NCBI RefSeq assembly: GCF_020745735.1
Contig: NC_083409.1
Location: forward strand, 10,157,534 to 10,221,533
Direction of reading: 5' to 3'
Source of the DNA: Hemiscyllium ocellatum
Lineage: Eukaryota
DNA length: 64,000 nt
Shown here piece after piece: positions 1 through 11,934 of the stretch (the first letter of the stretch is position 1; every line of letters begins with the position of its first letter). The translations under genes were made by a program, and so were the position numbers. The notes under the pieces are model-generated. The model made no database searches. It was not told the origin of the DNA and saw only the letters and a list, made by a program, of their open reading frames with translations.

Positions 1-49
1 GGGAAAGGTGGGAGGAGGAGGAATGAGGAAACTGGTGAAGTCAGTGCAT

Positions 50-470
50 CTGTCTGTCCCAGCTCTCTGAATGAGCGATTCATTGAGTGCCATTCTCCTG
101 CCCTCTCCCTGTCATCCTGCACACTGTTCCTTTTCAAATAACAGTCTCATTCCCTTCGTAATGCTTCAATTAAAGCTGCCTCCACCACACTCTCAGGCAG
201 TGCATTCCACACCTTAACCACCCACTGGCTGAAAATGTTGTTCCCCATCTCACTTTTGTAACTTTTCCCAATTACTTTCAACCTGTGGTCTCTCGGTCTC
301 AATCCTTTCTCAAGCGGGAGCATTGTCTCCCTATTTACTCTGTCCAGGCCCCTCCTGATTTTGAGTTCCTCAAATAAATCTCTTCTCAGCCTTCTCCAAA
401 GAAGACAGTCCCAAATTATCCAATCAGTCTCCATAACTGATGTTCCTCATCCCTGGAATGATCTTTGGGA
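50..470 (-). mobile_element. Decayed CR1 LINE 3' fragment (RT C-terminus and 3' end); inverted paralog of ~49210-49660
   Basis: ORF 147-434 reads ...RRLRRDLFEELKIRRGLDRVNRE...FSQWVVKVWNALPESVVEA, the typical CR1 ORF2 C-terminus, and matches ORF 49243-49539. Confidence 0.85.
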
Positions 471-619
471 ATATATTTGCCAGCTCTACAAAACATTCAC
501 ATTCTTCCTGACTTCTTCACATTATCTATGTCCCTCATGATTTTCTAAACCTTTATAAGGTTACTCTTCAAAACCTTCCTCATCAGAGTAAAAAGTCTCA
601 GCTTTTCCAGCCTCTCACA

Positions 620-3600
620 GTCATGGAGTTATACAGTGTGGAAACAGACCTTTCGGTCCAACTTGTGCATGTTAACCAGATATCCTAAATGACCTCATCA
701 CATTTGCCAGCATTTGGCTTACATCCCTCGAAACCCTTCCTATCCATGTACCCATCCCAATGTGTTTTAAATGTTGTAATTGTATCTGCCTCCAACATTT
801 TCTCTGGCAGCTCGATCCAGACACATACCACCCTCTGCGTGACAAGTTACCCCTTTTGTTTGGACTGCCCTTCCCAAGGAAAAGACTTGGATATACACCC
901 TGTCCATCTATAAACATCTATAAGGTCACCCCTCAGCCTTAGATGCTACAGGGGCAAGAGTCCCAGTCTATTCAGCCTCTCCCTACAGCTCAAACCCTCC
1001 AGTTTCTGCTCTTTGTAAATCTTTTCTACAACTTTTTAAGTTTAGCACCATCCTTCTTATCGCAGGATGATCAGAATTGTTCACATTATTCCCAAAGTGG
1101 CCTCACCAATCTCCTGTACAGCTACAACATGATGTTCCAACTCGTAAACTCAGTGCAGTAACCAATAAAGGCAAGTGTACCCAACACCTTTGTCATCACC
1201 CAATCTACTTGAGACTCCACTTTCAAGGAGTAATGCACCTGCACCTGCACCCCCAGGTCTCTTTTTTTCAGCAATACTCCACAGGGCCTTACCATTAACT
1301 GTATAACTCCTGCCCTGGTTTGCGTTTCCAAAATGCAACGTCTCATATTTGTCTGAACTGAACTCCATTTCCCACTCCTCTGTCTATTGCCCCATCTGAT
1401 CAAGGTCCCGCTGTACCCTGAGATAATCTTCTTCACTATCCACAGTCCAACCAATTTTGGTGTAATTTCCAAACTTAACATTAGTCCAATGTTCACATCC
1501 AATTCATTTACTCAATTGACGAAAAGTAGTGGACCAAGCACCAATCCTTGTGGCACACAGCTATTCACAGATCTTCACTGAGAACGCGACTCTCAGTTGG
1601 TGTGTTGCCTCCCAGGTGCCAGGATCCGTGTTGTCCTGGATCATGTCTTTGGGGTCCTGAAGGGAGAGGGTGCCCATCCCCAAGTCATTCTTTACATAGG
1701 TACCAATGACATAGGTAGAAAGAGGGATTGGGATGAAAGGCAGGATTTCAGGGAGCTAGGCAGGAAGCTGAGAGTTAAAACAAGCAGACTTGTTTTCTCT
1801 GGTTTGTTGCCTGGGCCATGTGATAGCGAGGCAAGGAATAGGGAGAGTTATCAGTTGAACATGTGGTTGCAAGGATGGTGCAGGAGGGAGGTTTCAGGTA
1901 CATGGATAATTGGGGCTCATTCTGGGGAAGGTGGGACTTGTACAAACAGGACGGTCTTCACTTGAACCAGAGGGGTACTAATATCCTGGGTGGAAATTTT
2001 GCTGGTGCTATTTGGGTGGGTTTAAACTAGCACAGCAGGGGGATTAGAACCTGAGATGTCATTCCAGTGCACAGGAGGATGAGAGTTGGGAGGGCATGGA
2101 CAGGATTTCATGGTCACAAGAAAGTGCTGGCAGATAGCAAGCTAATTTGAAGTATGTCTACTTCAATGCCAGAAGTTAGGTGAACTTGCAGCATAGTTAG
2201 GTACCTAGGACTTCGATGTTGTGGCCATTTTGAAGACATGGATAGAACAGGGTCAGGAATGTTGCAAGTTCCAGTGTTTAGATCTTTCGTTAAGAACAGG
2301 CAAGGCGGTAAAAGAGGGGAAGATGTGGCCTTGTTAGACAAAGATAGTATCATGTTGGCTGAAAGAACTTTTAACGAGGACTCATCTACTGAGGTACTAT
2401 GGGCTGAGTTGAGGAGAGGTCGCACTGCTGGGAGTTTTTTTTATTGGCCTCCGCAGAGTTCCAGGGGGTTGGAGGAGAGGATTGGCAGAATGATTCTGAG
2501 TAGGAGTGAAAGGAACCGGGTGATCATTATGGGGGTCTTGAACTTCTCCAACATTGACTGGAAATGCTATAACTCTAGGACGTCGGATGAATCAGTTTTG
2601 TCGAATGTGTGGAGGAAGGCTTCCTGACACAGCATGTCAAAGAGCTGACAAGAGGGGAGGCCACACTGGATCTGGTGCTTGGTGATGAACCAGGCCAGGT
2701 GGTTTTAGTTGTGGGTGAGAACTTTGGAGAGAGTCACCATAATTCAGTTACATTTAGTTTAGCAAAGGAAAGGGATAGATACATGCCACAGGGCAAGAGT
2801 TATCAATGGAGCAAGCGTTTAGTCAAGACTTAGGATGCATAGAATGGGGTAACAAAATGCGGGGGATGGGGCCAATCAAAATGTGGAGCTAGTTTAACAA
2901 ACAGATATTGTGTGGCCTTGATAGGTATGTCCCTGTCAGGCAGGGAGGAACTGATAAGGTAAGGGAACCATGGTTTATACAGAAATTGCATCTCTTGTTA
3001 AACGGAAGAAGGAGGCTTCTGTGACGATGAGACAAGATGGTTCAGATGAGGTGATGGAGAGTTACAGATTAGCTAGGGAGGATTTAAATAGAGAGTTAAG
3101 AAAATCAAAGAGAGGACATGAGCAATATTTAGCAGGTAGAATAAAGGAGAACCCTTAAGTTTTCTATAGGTATGCGAGGAATAAACTAGGGTAGGAAGAG
3201 GGCCAGTCAAAGACAGAAGTGGGAAGTTGTGTATGGGCCCTGTGGAGATTGGAGAGGTGCTAAATGAATATGTCTCATTGGTTTTCACTCAGGAAAAGGA
3301 GAATATTGTAGAGGAGAAGAATGAGATACGAGATATTAAACTAGAAAGGATCAAGGTTAGGGAAGAGGTGTTATGTATTCTAGTTGGAGTGAAAATAGAC
3401 AAGTCACCTATTTTGCGAGGATTTATCCGAGGATTCTCTGGGGAGCTAGGGAGGAGATAGTGAAGCCTATGGCTTTGATCTTTGAATCGTGATTGTCTAC
3501 AGGTTTAGGACCAGAAGACTGAGGGATTACAAACATTGTGCCCTTGTTCATGAATGGCACTAGAGATGACCCAGGTAATTATACACCAGCAAGTCTTACA

Positions 3601-6600
3601 TCTGTTGTAGGAAAAGTTTTGGAAAGGATTATAAGAGATAGGATTTATAATCATCTAGCAATAGTCAACATGGTTTTGTCGCGTGCAGGTCATGTCACAA
3701 ACCTCATTGAGTTTTTTTGAGAAGGTGACCAAGCATGTAGATGAAGGTAGGGCAGTTGACGTGATATACATGGACTTCAGTAAAGCCTTTGATCAGGTTC
3801 CACATGGTAGGCTGTTGGAGAAAATGTAGAGGCTTGGGACTGACAGTGATTTAGCAGTTTGGATTAGAAACTGGCTTCCTGAAAGATGGCAGCGAGTGGT
3901 GGTTGACAGAAAATATTCAACCTGGAGTCCAGTTACTAATGGTGTACCATGAGGATCTGTTTTGGGACCACTGCTGTTTGTCATTTTTATAAATGACTTG
4001 GATGCAGGCACAGGTGGATGGGTTAGTAAAATTGCAGGTGACATTAAAGTCGGTGGAGTGGTGGACATTGTGGAAGAATGTTGCATGCTGCAGGGGGTCT
4101 TGGATAAACTGCAAAATTGGGCTGAGAGGTGGCAGATGGAGTTCAATGCAGCTAAATGTGAGGTGATTCACTTTGGGAAGAATATCAGGAAGGCAGAGTA
4201 CTGGGTCAATGGAAAGATTCTTGGTAGTGCGGATATATAGAGGAATCTTGGAGTCCATTTACATAGATCCCTGAAAGTTGCTGCCCAGGTTGATAGTGCT
4301 GTTAAGAAGGCAGAGTGTGTGTTAAATTTTATTGATAGAGGGATTGAGTTCTGGAGCCGTAATGTCATGCTGCAGCTATACAAAACGTTAGTGCAGCTGC
4401 ACTCAGAATATTGTGTACAGTTCTGGTCGCCTCATTACAGGAAGGATGTGGAAGCATTGGAAAAGGCGCAGAGGAGATTTACCAGGATGTTGCCTGGTCT
4501 GGAGGGAAGGTCTTATGGGGAAAGGCTGAGAGACTTGGGTCTAATCTCATTGGCAAGAAGAATCCTAAGAGGGGATTTGAAAGAGACATACAAGATAATC
4601 AGAGGGTTAGATAGGGTAGAGAGTCAAAGTCTTTTTCCGAGGATGATGATGTCAAGTTATATGAGGGGGCATAACTACAAATTGAGGTGTGAAAGATTTA
4701 AAACAGATGTCAGAGGCAGATTCTTTACTCAGACAGTCGTAAGGAGTTGCAATGTCCTGCCTGCTGATGTAGCTGACTCAGTCACATTAGGGAGATTTAA
4801 ACAATCCTTAGATAAGTACATGGATGATGATGGGATAATGTAGAGGATGAGCTTAGATTGGTTCATAGGTCGGCGCAACATTGAGGGCTGAAAGGCCTGT
4901 TCTGCATGGTATTGTTCTATCTATCTCACTATCCAGTCTGAAAAGCAACCCTTTCCCACCACTCTCTGTTTCCTATCTTCAACCCAACTTTTTACCCGAA
5001 TGGCTTGCTCCCCCTGGATCCCATGTGGTCTAACCTTACAAACCAGTCTATTATGTGAAACCTTGTCAAACACTTTACTAAAGACCATATAGACAATGTC
5101 TACTGTTCTGCCTTCATTAATCTTCTTTGTCATCTCCTCAATCAAATTAGGGAAACACAATTTCCCATGCACAAAACCACATTGATTATCCAAATGGATG
5201 GAAATCCTGTCCCTCAGAATCCACTCCAACACCTTACCCAGCACTGACATCAGGCTCACTGGTCTATAGTTCCCTAGCTTTTCCTTACAGGCTTTCTGAA
5301 ATAATGGCATAACACCAGCCAACCTCTCCGGTTCTCCAGTACCTTACCCCTGCTTGTCGATGTTGAAAATATCTCAGCAAGGGGCCCAACAATCGCTTAC
5401 CTAATTTCCCACAATGTTCTGGGATACACCTGATCAGGTAATTGGGATTTATCTGCCTTTATATGTCTAAGACCTTCAACATCTCCTTATTTGTATGTGG
5501 ATTCTTTTTAAGACATCACCATTTTTCCAAAGTCCCGAGATTTCATGTCCTTCTCCGCAGTAAATACTGACCTGAAATATTTGTTTAGGATCTCAACCAT
5601 CTCCTGTGTCTTACTAAAATACAACACTCACATTTATCTGAATTAAACTCCATCTGCCATTCCTCAGCCCACTGGCTCAGTTGGTCAATATCCCATTGTA
5701 CTGTTAGACAGCCTTCTTCACTGGCCACGATGCCACCTGAAACTTCACCTGAACACACTCTCACAACTCTGGCCCTTCGCTACCCATTACTCTGCTACTA
5801 TCCCAATCTATATACTGAAATGAAATCCCACCGTCCTGCCCACACATTATAACGACACTATCACATTTTTAAGTCTCTGTAAATTCCTTATTTTTGTATT
5901 CCTCCACATCCTTCCCACTGGGTGGTGACTTATTGACGGCTCTGAGGATTCCATGGAGCTTGGTGTTCCTTGCTGATATTCCCCCCTGGTTCCCGCAGCC
6001 CTACCAAGTTAGTTTAAACCCTCTCCAACAGCACGAGTAAATCACCCCAAAGGAACGCAGTGCGAACTCTGTTCAGGATCAGCGCTGTCTGGTCTGTCCA
6101 GGTCCACCTCCCCCAGACCCACTCCCAATGTCTCAAGAATCTGAAGCCCTCCCTCCTGGATCCTCTTTCCAGCTCCACAGTCTTCTCGTGTTTCTATTCT
6201 TACTTGTGTGGGGCACTGGGTGTAATCCAAAGATTCTTATGTTTTAGTTCCTTCTGCTAATTCCTTCCTGAGCTCCTGAAATTCTGACTTCAAGAGCACA
6301 TCCCTTTTCTCCCTCTGTCACTGGGACCGATGTGGACCACGACTGCTGCCTGTTCCCCCTCTCCCCTCAGGGTGCTCTGCAGCCACTCAGTGACATCCTT
6401 GATCCTGGCACCAGGGAGACAACACACCATCCTGAATTCCCATCTGCAGCTGCAGAAACATCTATCGATTTCCCTCCCTTTCGAATCTCCTCCCACTATC
6501 ACTCTCCCAGTCTTCCTTGTGCCCCCCTGAATAGCTGCACCTCCTGTGATGCCATGGACTTGGCTCTGGCTACACTCTCCACATGAACCATCATTCTCAT

Positions 6601-6850
6601 CAGGAATCGAAACTGAATCCTGGTTGGAGAGTGGGATACTCTCAGGGGATTCCTGTACTAGCTGCCTGGTCCTTTTGGACTGTCTGCTGCTCCCCCATTC
6701 CCTCTCTCCCTGCATACTCTGAAGCTGCAGAGTGACCAAATCTAGAAACGTACTTTCCACAGAGCTCTCAGCCTCACGGACTGACAACAGCTGCTGCTCA
6801 AGCTCTGAAACCCGGAGCTCCAACTGCTGTCACTGACCACACTTGCTGCT
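620..6850 (-). mobile_element. Old, internally deleted CR1 LINE (ORF1 remnant ~6000-6820; ORF2 remnants 4926-5950 and 620-1577), interrupted by the younger CR1 at ~1578-4925
   Basis: ORF 6290-6823 has the CR1 ORF1 coiled-coil/esterase motifs (ELRVSELEQQL, VGGDS, CCLPGARIKDV, VVVHIG). ORFs 4921-5322 and 1122-1502 have RT motifs (NYRPVSLMSV, FSKVFDKVSH). Colinear with 46470-49130. Confidence 0.8.
1578..4925 (+). mobile_element. 5'-truncated CR1 LINE (esterase end of ORF1, APE endonuclease, RT), with multiple stops and frameshifts
   Basis: ORFs 1597-1965 (CCLPGAR, YIGTNDIG), 2609-2833 (TRGEATLDLVLG), 3962-4240 (GPLLFVIFINDLD) and 4319-4843 (HSEYCVQFWSPHYRKD). Ends in a TTCTAT-type tail at ~4915-4925. 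Confidence 0.92.
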
Positions 6851-6869
6851 CTCATAGTGGGAAGCATTC

Positions 6870-8590
6870 AGAACCTAGCTATCTCTGTATGAAGTACACT
6901 CAATGGCCTCCAGAGCCTTCTGCAGCAGTGAGTTCCACAGATTCATAACCCTATGGCGGAAGGAATTCCTCGTTGTCTCAGTTCAAAAGGGTCTTCCCTT
7001 CACTCTGAGGCTGTGCCGTCGGGTCCCGGTCTCTTCCCCTGTTGGAAAGGTCTTCTCCGTGTCCACTCTAGACAGGTCTCTCAGTATTCTGTAGTTTTAA
7101 TGAGATTCCCCTCATCCTTCTAAACTCCATTGAGTCCTCAACTGTTCCTCATATGATAAGCCCTTCATCCCAAGATCATTCTTGTAAAATCCTTCTGTAC
7201 ACCCTCCAATGCCTGCACATTCTTCCTTATATACAGGCCCCAAAACTGATCACAATACATGAATTGTGTTCTGACCAGAGCCTCATGCAACATCAGTGGT
7301 TCATCTCTTTTCTTGTGTTCTCACCTTCTTGAAATGAATGCTGACATTGCATTTGTGTTCCTAACTGCCAACTGAATCTACAGGGTAACATTAAGAAAAA
7401 CCTGATTATGACTCCTCAGTCCCTTTGTGATTCAGATTTCTGAATCCTTTCCTCATTTAGAAAACAGTCTATGCCTTTAAACTTCCTACTAAAGTGCATA
7501 AGCTCACACTTTCCCACATTGTATTCCATCTGCCACGACTTTGTCCACTCTCTGAGCCTGCTTCAGCTTCTCCACTTCCTCAACACGACCTGTCCCTCCA
7601 CGTACCTTTGGGTTACCTGCAGATTGAGTAACAATGCCCTCAGATCCTTCATCCAGATCAATAATGAATCATTCATTTTTGGTAAATAGCTGTAGTCCCA
7701 GCATGGACCTTTGCAGAACCACACTAGTTACTGGTTGCCATCCTGAAAAAGATCCTTTTATCTCACTCTCTGCCTTCTGCCAGGCGGCCAACCTTCTATC
7801 TATGCCAGGACCTTGTCCCTAACACCATGGTCTTCTCTTCTTTAGTAGCCTCCTGTGCCGCGCCTTGTCAAAGGCTGTCTGTAAGTCCAAATAGATCACG
7901 TCCACTGGCTCTCCTTTATCTCACTTGTTCATGCCTTCCTCTAAGAATTCGAACAGATTTGTCAGGCCTCCCCTTGATGAAGCCATGCTGACACAGCCCG
8001 ATTTGACCATGCACTTCCAACTCCCCTGCAATCTCATCCTTAAACTGAAGTCTACAATCTTACTCATGACTGAGGTCAGACTAACCAGCCTATAATCTCC
8101 CATCTTCTGCCTCCCTCCTTTCTTAAACAGGAGAGTTACATTAACCATTTCACAGTCCCCTTGGACTCTCCCTGACTCCAGTGATTCCTGTAAGATCACC
8201 ATCAATACCTCCACAATCTGCTCAGCTATCTCCTTCAAACTCTGGGGTGCAGTCTATCCAGTCCTGCTGATCTATCCATCTCAGAACTTTCAGCTTCCCC
8301 AGCACCTTCTCCTCAGTGATAACCATTACTCTCATCCCTGCCCCTGAATCTCTTTAAGTCCTGGTATACTACTGGTGTCTTCCACCGTCAAGACTGATGT
8401 AAAGTCACTATTCAGATCCTCTGCCATTTCCTTGTTCCCCATTAGTACCTCTCCAGCCTCATTTTCCAGCATCCCAACATCTAGTCTTGCCTTCCTCTTA
8501 GCTTTTATATTGCTACAAAAAAAACTTGCAATCCTCTTTTATACTACGAGCTGGCTAGCCTTCATATTTCATCTTCTAACCTCTTATTGC
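6870..8590 (-). mobile_element. Decayed CR1 LINE ORF2/3' fragment; inverted paralog of part of 43280-46310
   Basis: ORF 7921-8238 (VNVTLLFKKGGRQKMGDYRLVSLTSV) matches ORFs in 44678-45254. Confidence 0.8.
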
Positions 8591-8599
8591 ATTTTAGTT

Positions 8600-9240
8600 A
8601 TAAGCTTTAGTTATAAGTCCTTAGGTTTTAAAATACAACACAGAGTATAAAGCAAGGAACTGATGCTCCACCTCTATAAATCACTGATCAGACCAGATTG
8701 GAGGATTGTGTTCAGTTCTGAGCATCTTATTTAAAGAATAATATTAAAACCCTGGAGAGAGTTCAATGGAGTTTTATTAGAATGATACCAGGAATGAGTG
8801 GTTTTCGATACAGGGAAAGCTGAGAAAGATTGGGCTTATTCTCAACTGAGCAGAGAAGATTAAGAGGTGATCTTATAGAGTTGTTCACTGTTTTGTACAA
8901 TTTTTGACAGGATTAAGGAGGATATTCCATTACCATGAGTTGGTATCTCTGTAACTATGGGTAATAATTTCAAGATGGTTAACAAGACAGCTAGGAGTGA
9001 GATGAGGAGGAATGTCTTTACGAAGAGAGTTGTTCGGATTTGGAACATGCTGCCTGACAGGATGGTGGAGGTGGATTCTGTTGGAGGTTTCAGTGTGTAT
9101 ATTTGAAATTGATGAAGTTAGAGAGCAAACGAGATCGGACTGGAGAGTGGGCCTAGCTGGATAGCTCTTTCTGGAGCCAGCACAGGCATGATGGGTTGAA
9201 TAGCCTCCTTCTGTATTATAAATTCTATTATTCCATTTCA
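8600..9240 (+). mobile_element. Decayed CR1-like 3' fragment
   Basis: Sequence follows the CR1 ORF2 C-terminal pattern (ctctataaatcactg...attgtgttcagttctg...gttgttcggatttggaacatgctgcctgac) and its 3' UTR. Confidence 0.7.
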
Positions 9241-9937
9241 TCCTGTCAGCTCTTTGCTTTCCTCAGGTCCTGTTCAATGTCACTCCTGCATTTTCTATCC
9301 TCCTCTCAGCTTTCTGCAGGTTTGAACACCAGGTAACAAACATCACCTTCCCTGTTTGGCCTTCCCTACTCTGGCTGCCTTTTGACATCCCAGGCTGAAA
9401 GACTAGATTTGTACATCCCCACCCTTCCTCTTCTAAACGATCTCTGTCTTGTCCTTGGAGGCCTCCCATTGCCCTGACACTGAGTTCCAGTCAAGTCGCT
9501 GATTCCAGTCACTTTTATCAAATTACCGGACAGTTCAGTAAAATGGTTCATTCGCAAATGAAAACTTTTACACTTGCTCCATGGTTCTCCATTTCCATCC
9601 TTATTCTCAATCTCACTGAGTTCTGATCACTGTCACTGAAATGCTTCCCCATTGATCGCCCTTCCAGCTGCCCACATTCATTCCATAAACGATGGTCTAA
9701 AACTGTCTCTTCACTTTCATCATCACTGTCTCTGGGGCAATTAGGGATGGGTAACAAATGATGGTCCTGCCAGTGACACTGACATCCCAAGAAGCAATTT
9801 GAACAATGCCTGTCCTTTTCTTGGGTTTGTTAGGTATTGGCTACAAATGTTCAAATGGATTGTTTTACCAGTTAATGTTTGGAGAGTTGAAATCCCTTCG
9901 AGTGGGAGGGATTAAAATTGTTTCTATCGTCTTTCAG

Positions 9938-10266
9938 GCCATGAGAACTCTAAGCCCAAGCTGACCCTGCTGCCTCCCTTCCTGGAGCAGGTCAATGCCA
10001 AGGGCACTGCCACCCTGGTGTGCCTTGCCAATCACTTCTATCCCGATGAGCTGGAGGTGCAGTGGAAGAAGGATGGTACAGTCATTTCGGACAGGGTTCA
10101 GACCAGCAACTACCTGCGAGCTTCGGACAGCACCAACAGTGTCAGCAGCCTGATGACCCTCTCTGGGTCTGACTGGGATTCCAACGCTCGCTTCTCCTGT
10201 GCCCTCACCCACATGACCCTCTCCTCTCCCCTCAGCAAGAGCATCAAGAGATCAGAATGTGTGTAG
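9938..10266 (+). CDS. IGKC: Immunoglobulin kappa (type III/NS4-like) light-chain constant exon, cluster A; open reading frame
   Basis: Acceptor ctttcAG at 9936-9937 (phase 1). Reads xHENSKPKLTLLPPFLEQVNAKGTATLVCLANHFYPDELEVQWKKDG...SCALTHMTLSSPLSKSIKRSECV*, a C1-set domain with both Cys, the Trp and the penultimate Cys of a light chain. 329 bp. Confidence 0.95.
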
Positions 10267-10370
10267 AGTGTTGGAGACAGTCCACAGAGGAGACACAACT
10301 TTAAATAGAACAGGGCTGACCTGGCAGGAAAAGAGTCATTGTCAGCACTGTGGTGGCATTGTCAGCATTG

Positions 10371-10680
10371 GGCGGCATGGTGGCACAGTGGTTAGCACTG
10401 CTGTCTCACAGCGCCTGAGACCCGGGTTCAATTCACAGGCGACTGACTGTGTAGAGTTTGCACGTTCTCCCCGAGTCTGCGTGGGTTTCCTCCGGGTGCT
10501 CCGGTTTCCTCCCACAGCCCAAGGATGTGCGGGTCAGGTGAATTGGCCGTGCTAAATTGCCCGTAGTGTTAGGTAAGGGGTAAATGTAGGGGTATGGGTG
10601 GGTTGCGCTTCGGCGGGTCGGTGTGGACTTGTTGGGCCGAAGGGCCTGTTTCCACACTGTAAGTAATCTAATCTAATCTA
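10371..10680 (+). mobile_element. HE1-like V-SINE (tRNA-derived head), young, inserted in the putative 3' UTR of C exon A
   Basis: A box TGGCACAGTGG, B box GGTTCAATTC, V-SINE core GTTTGCACGTTCTCCCCG...GGGTTTCCTCCGGGTGCTCCGG, CR1-like tail ending in (TAATC)n. Flanked by ATTG on both sides. Confidence 0.93.
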
Positions 10681-11119
10681 ATTGAATTTCAACTCTCTTC
10701 CTTCTCAGGACTGGCTCAGAGACACTTCTGAGGTTCAGGGGTTATGGCAGTTCATTGGGGCAATTTAAAGGAGATTTAATTTGTAGGTGACCCTGTGCTG
10801 CCCCTGTTCTGGGAGTGTTGGTTGGGGACAGCGTTATGATGTCAAGTAAAACTCCTCGATACTGAAAACTGTCAGCTGTACATAATCAATGTGAACCTCA
10901 GGAATCTCTGCTTCAGTAAACCTGATATCCTTCCTGCTCAGCTGCCAGTTCCAATTCAAGGTTCAGTCACTGTTTCAAGGGACAGAATTCTCTTTTTTTT
11001 TGAGAAAATTTCCACAAGTGTTTTCCTCAAGTTCCATTGTGGCTGTGAATTTGTGCAGCTTCCTCTGTCTGGGCTGTTAATTGCTGACTGTTTTCTGTCA
11101 ATGTCAATCTGGAAAAGGG

Positions 11120-11125
11120 AATAAA
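11120..11125 (+). terminator. Candidate poly(A) signal for cluster A
   Basis: AATAAA in the context ggaaaagggAATAAA, conserved at the paralogous position of cluster B (39299-39304). Confidence 0.55.
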
Positions 11126-11670
11126 GATGAAGAAGATTCAGTCTCTGTCTCTGAGTGCTTTGTATATAGACTGCTCTAGCCTCAGCTGATCGGCTACATT
11201 TCAGCAAATCGTTGTCCTGATTGGCTGCTTGGATGGTCAATCAAAGACACATCAGCTAAAGGCCGGATTGGAGTCAATCTTGAACCATTTTCAAGTGATC
11301 CCTTCGATCTGAATCTGTCAAGTTGACAATATGCTAAACAGAACAGAAACTGAAAGCTGCTGGGGCACAATCATTCCAATCTGAGGCATTCCCTCTTCGC
11401 TCTGTTGTTGCAGACCCAGCTGGTGGGATCGCACTATGCCGTCTCTACTATTGCTGGGTAATGTTTGAAATGAGCTGGGTCCAATCTCAGACACTGGAGG
11501 CTTCAGTCATTACATTCATTTCTCCCTCCTTAGCCTGTTCCTCACAGTGACAGCTCAGAACTGAACTGAGTGAGATATTTGTTCAGAGAGGGGATCAGTC
11601 AGGATCTTACATCATACATGACCTTGTGTAGGTATGACTATAACCCAATGATGTCTTGTAGGTGCATCTG

Positions 11671-11890
11671 TCAGTGTGGGCGTGACTGTTACCCAGTACT
11701 GACTGATGGTCCATGTCTCTGAGTGTGGGTGTGACTGTTATTCAGTACTGTCTGTAGGTGTATATTCTTGACTGAGCATGTATCTGTTACCCAGTACTGT
11801 CTGTAGGCGTGTGTCGGAGTGTGGGTGTGACTGTTACCCAGTATTGTCTGTAGGCGTGTGTCTCTGGGTGGGACTGTTTCCCAGTTAATG
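11671..11890 (+). repeat. Minisatellite, ~45-50-bp unit (gagtgtgggtgtgactgttacccagtactgtctgtaggcgtgtgtc), ~4-5 copies
   Basis: Repeated ctgttacccagtactgtctgtagg motifs are directly visible. Confidence 0.85.
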
Positions 11891-11934
11891 TCTGTGTATT
11901 TGTTTCTCAACTTTGCTGCATTTCATACAGTCTC

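Noticed and set aside
1-9937. Search for the J and V of cluster A
   Set aside because: No FGKGT-type J, RSS pair or V exon was seen on the plus strand. They are presumed to lie outside the window and are not annotated.
10371-10450. tRNA-like A and B boxes here and in the other SINE heads
   Set aside because: These are tRNA-derived V-SINE heads continuing into SINE core and LINE-type tails, not tRNA genes.
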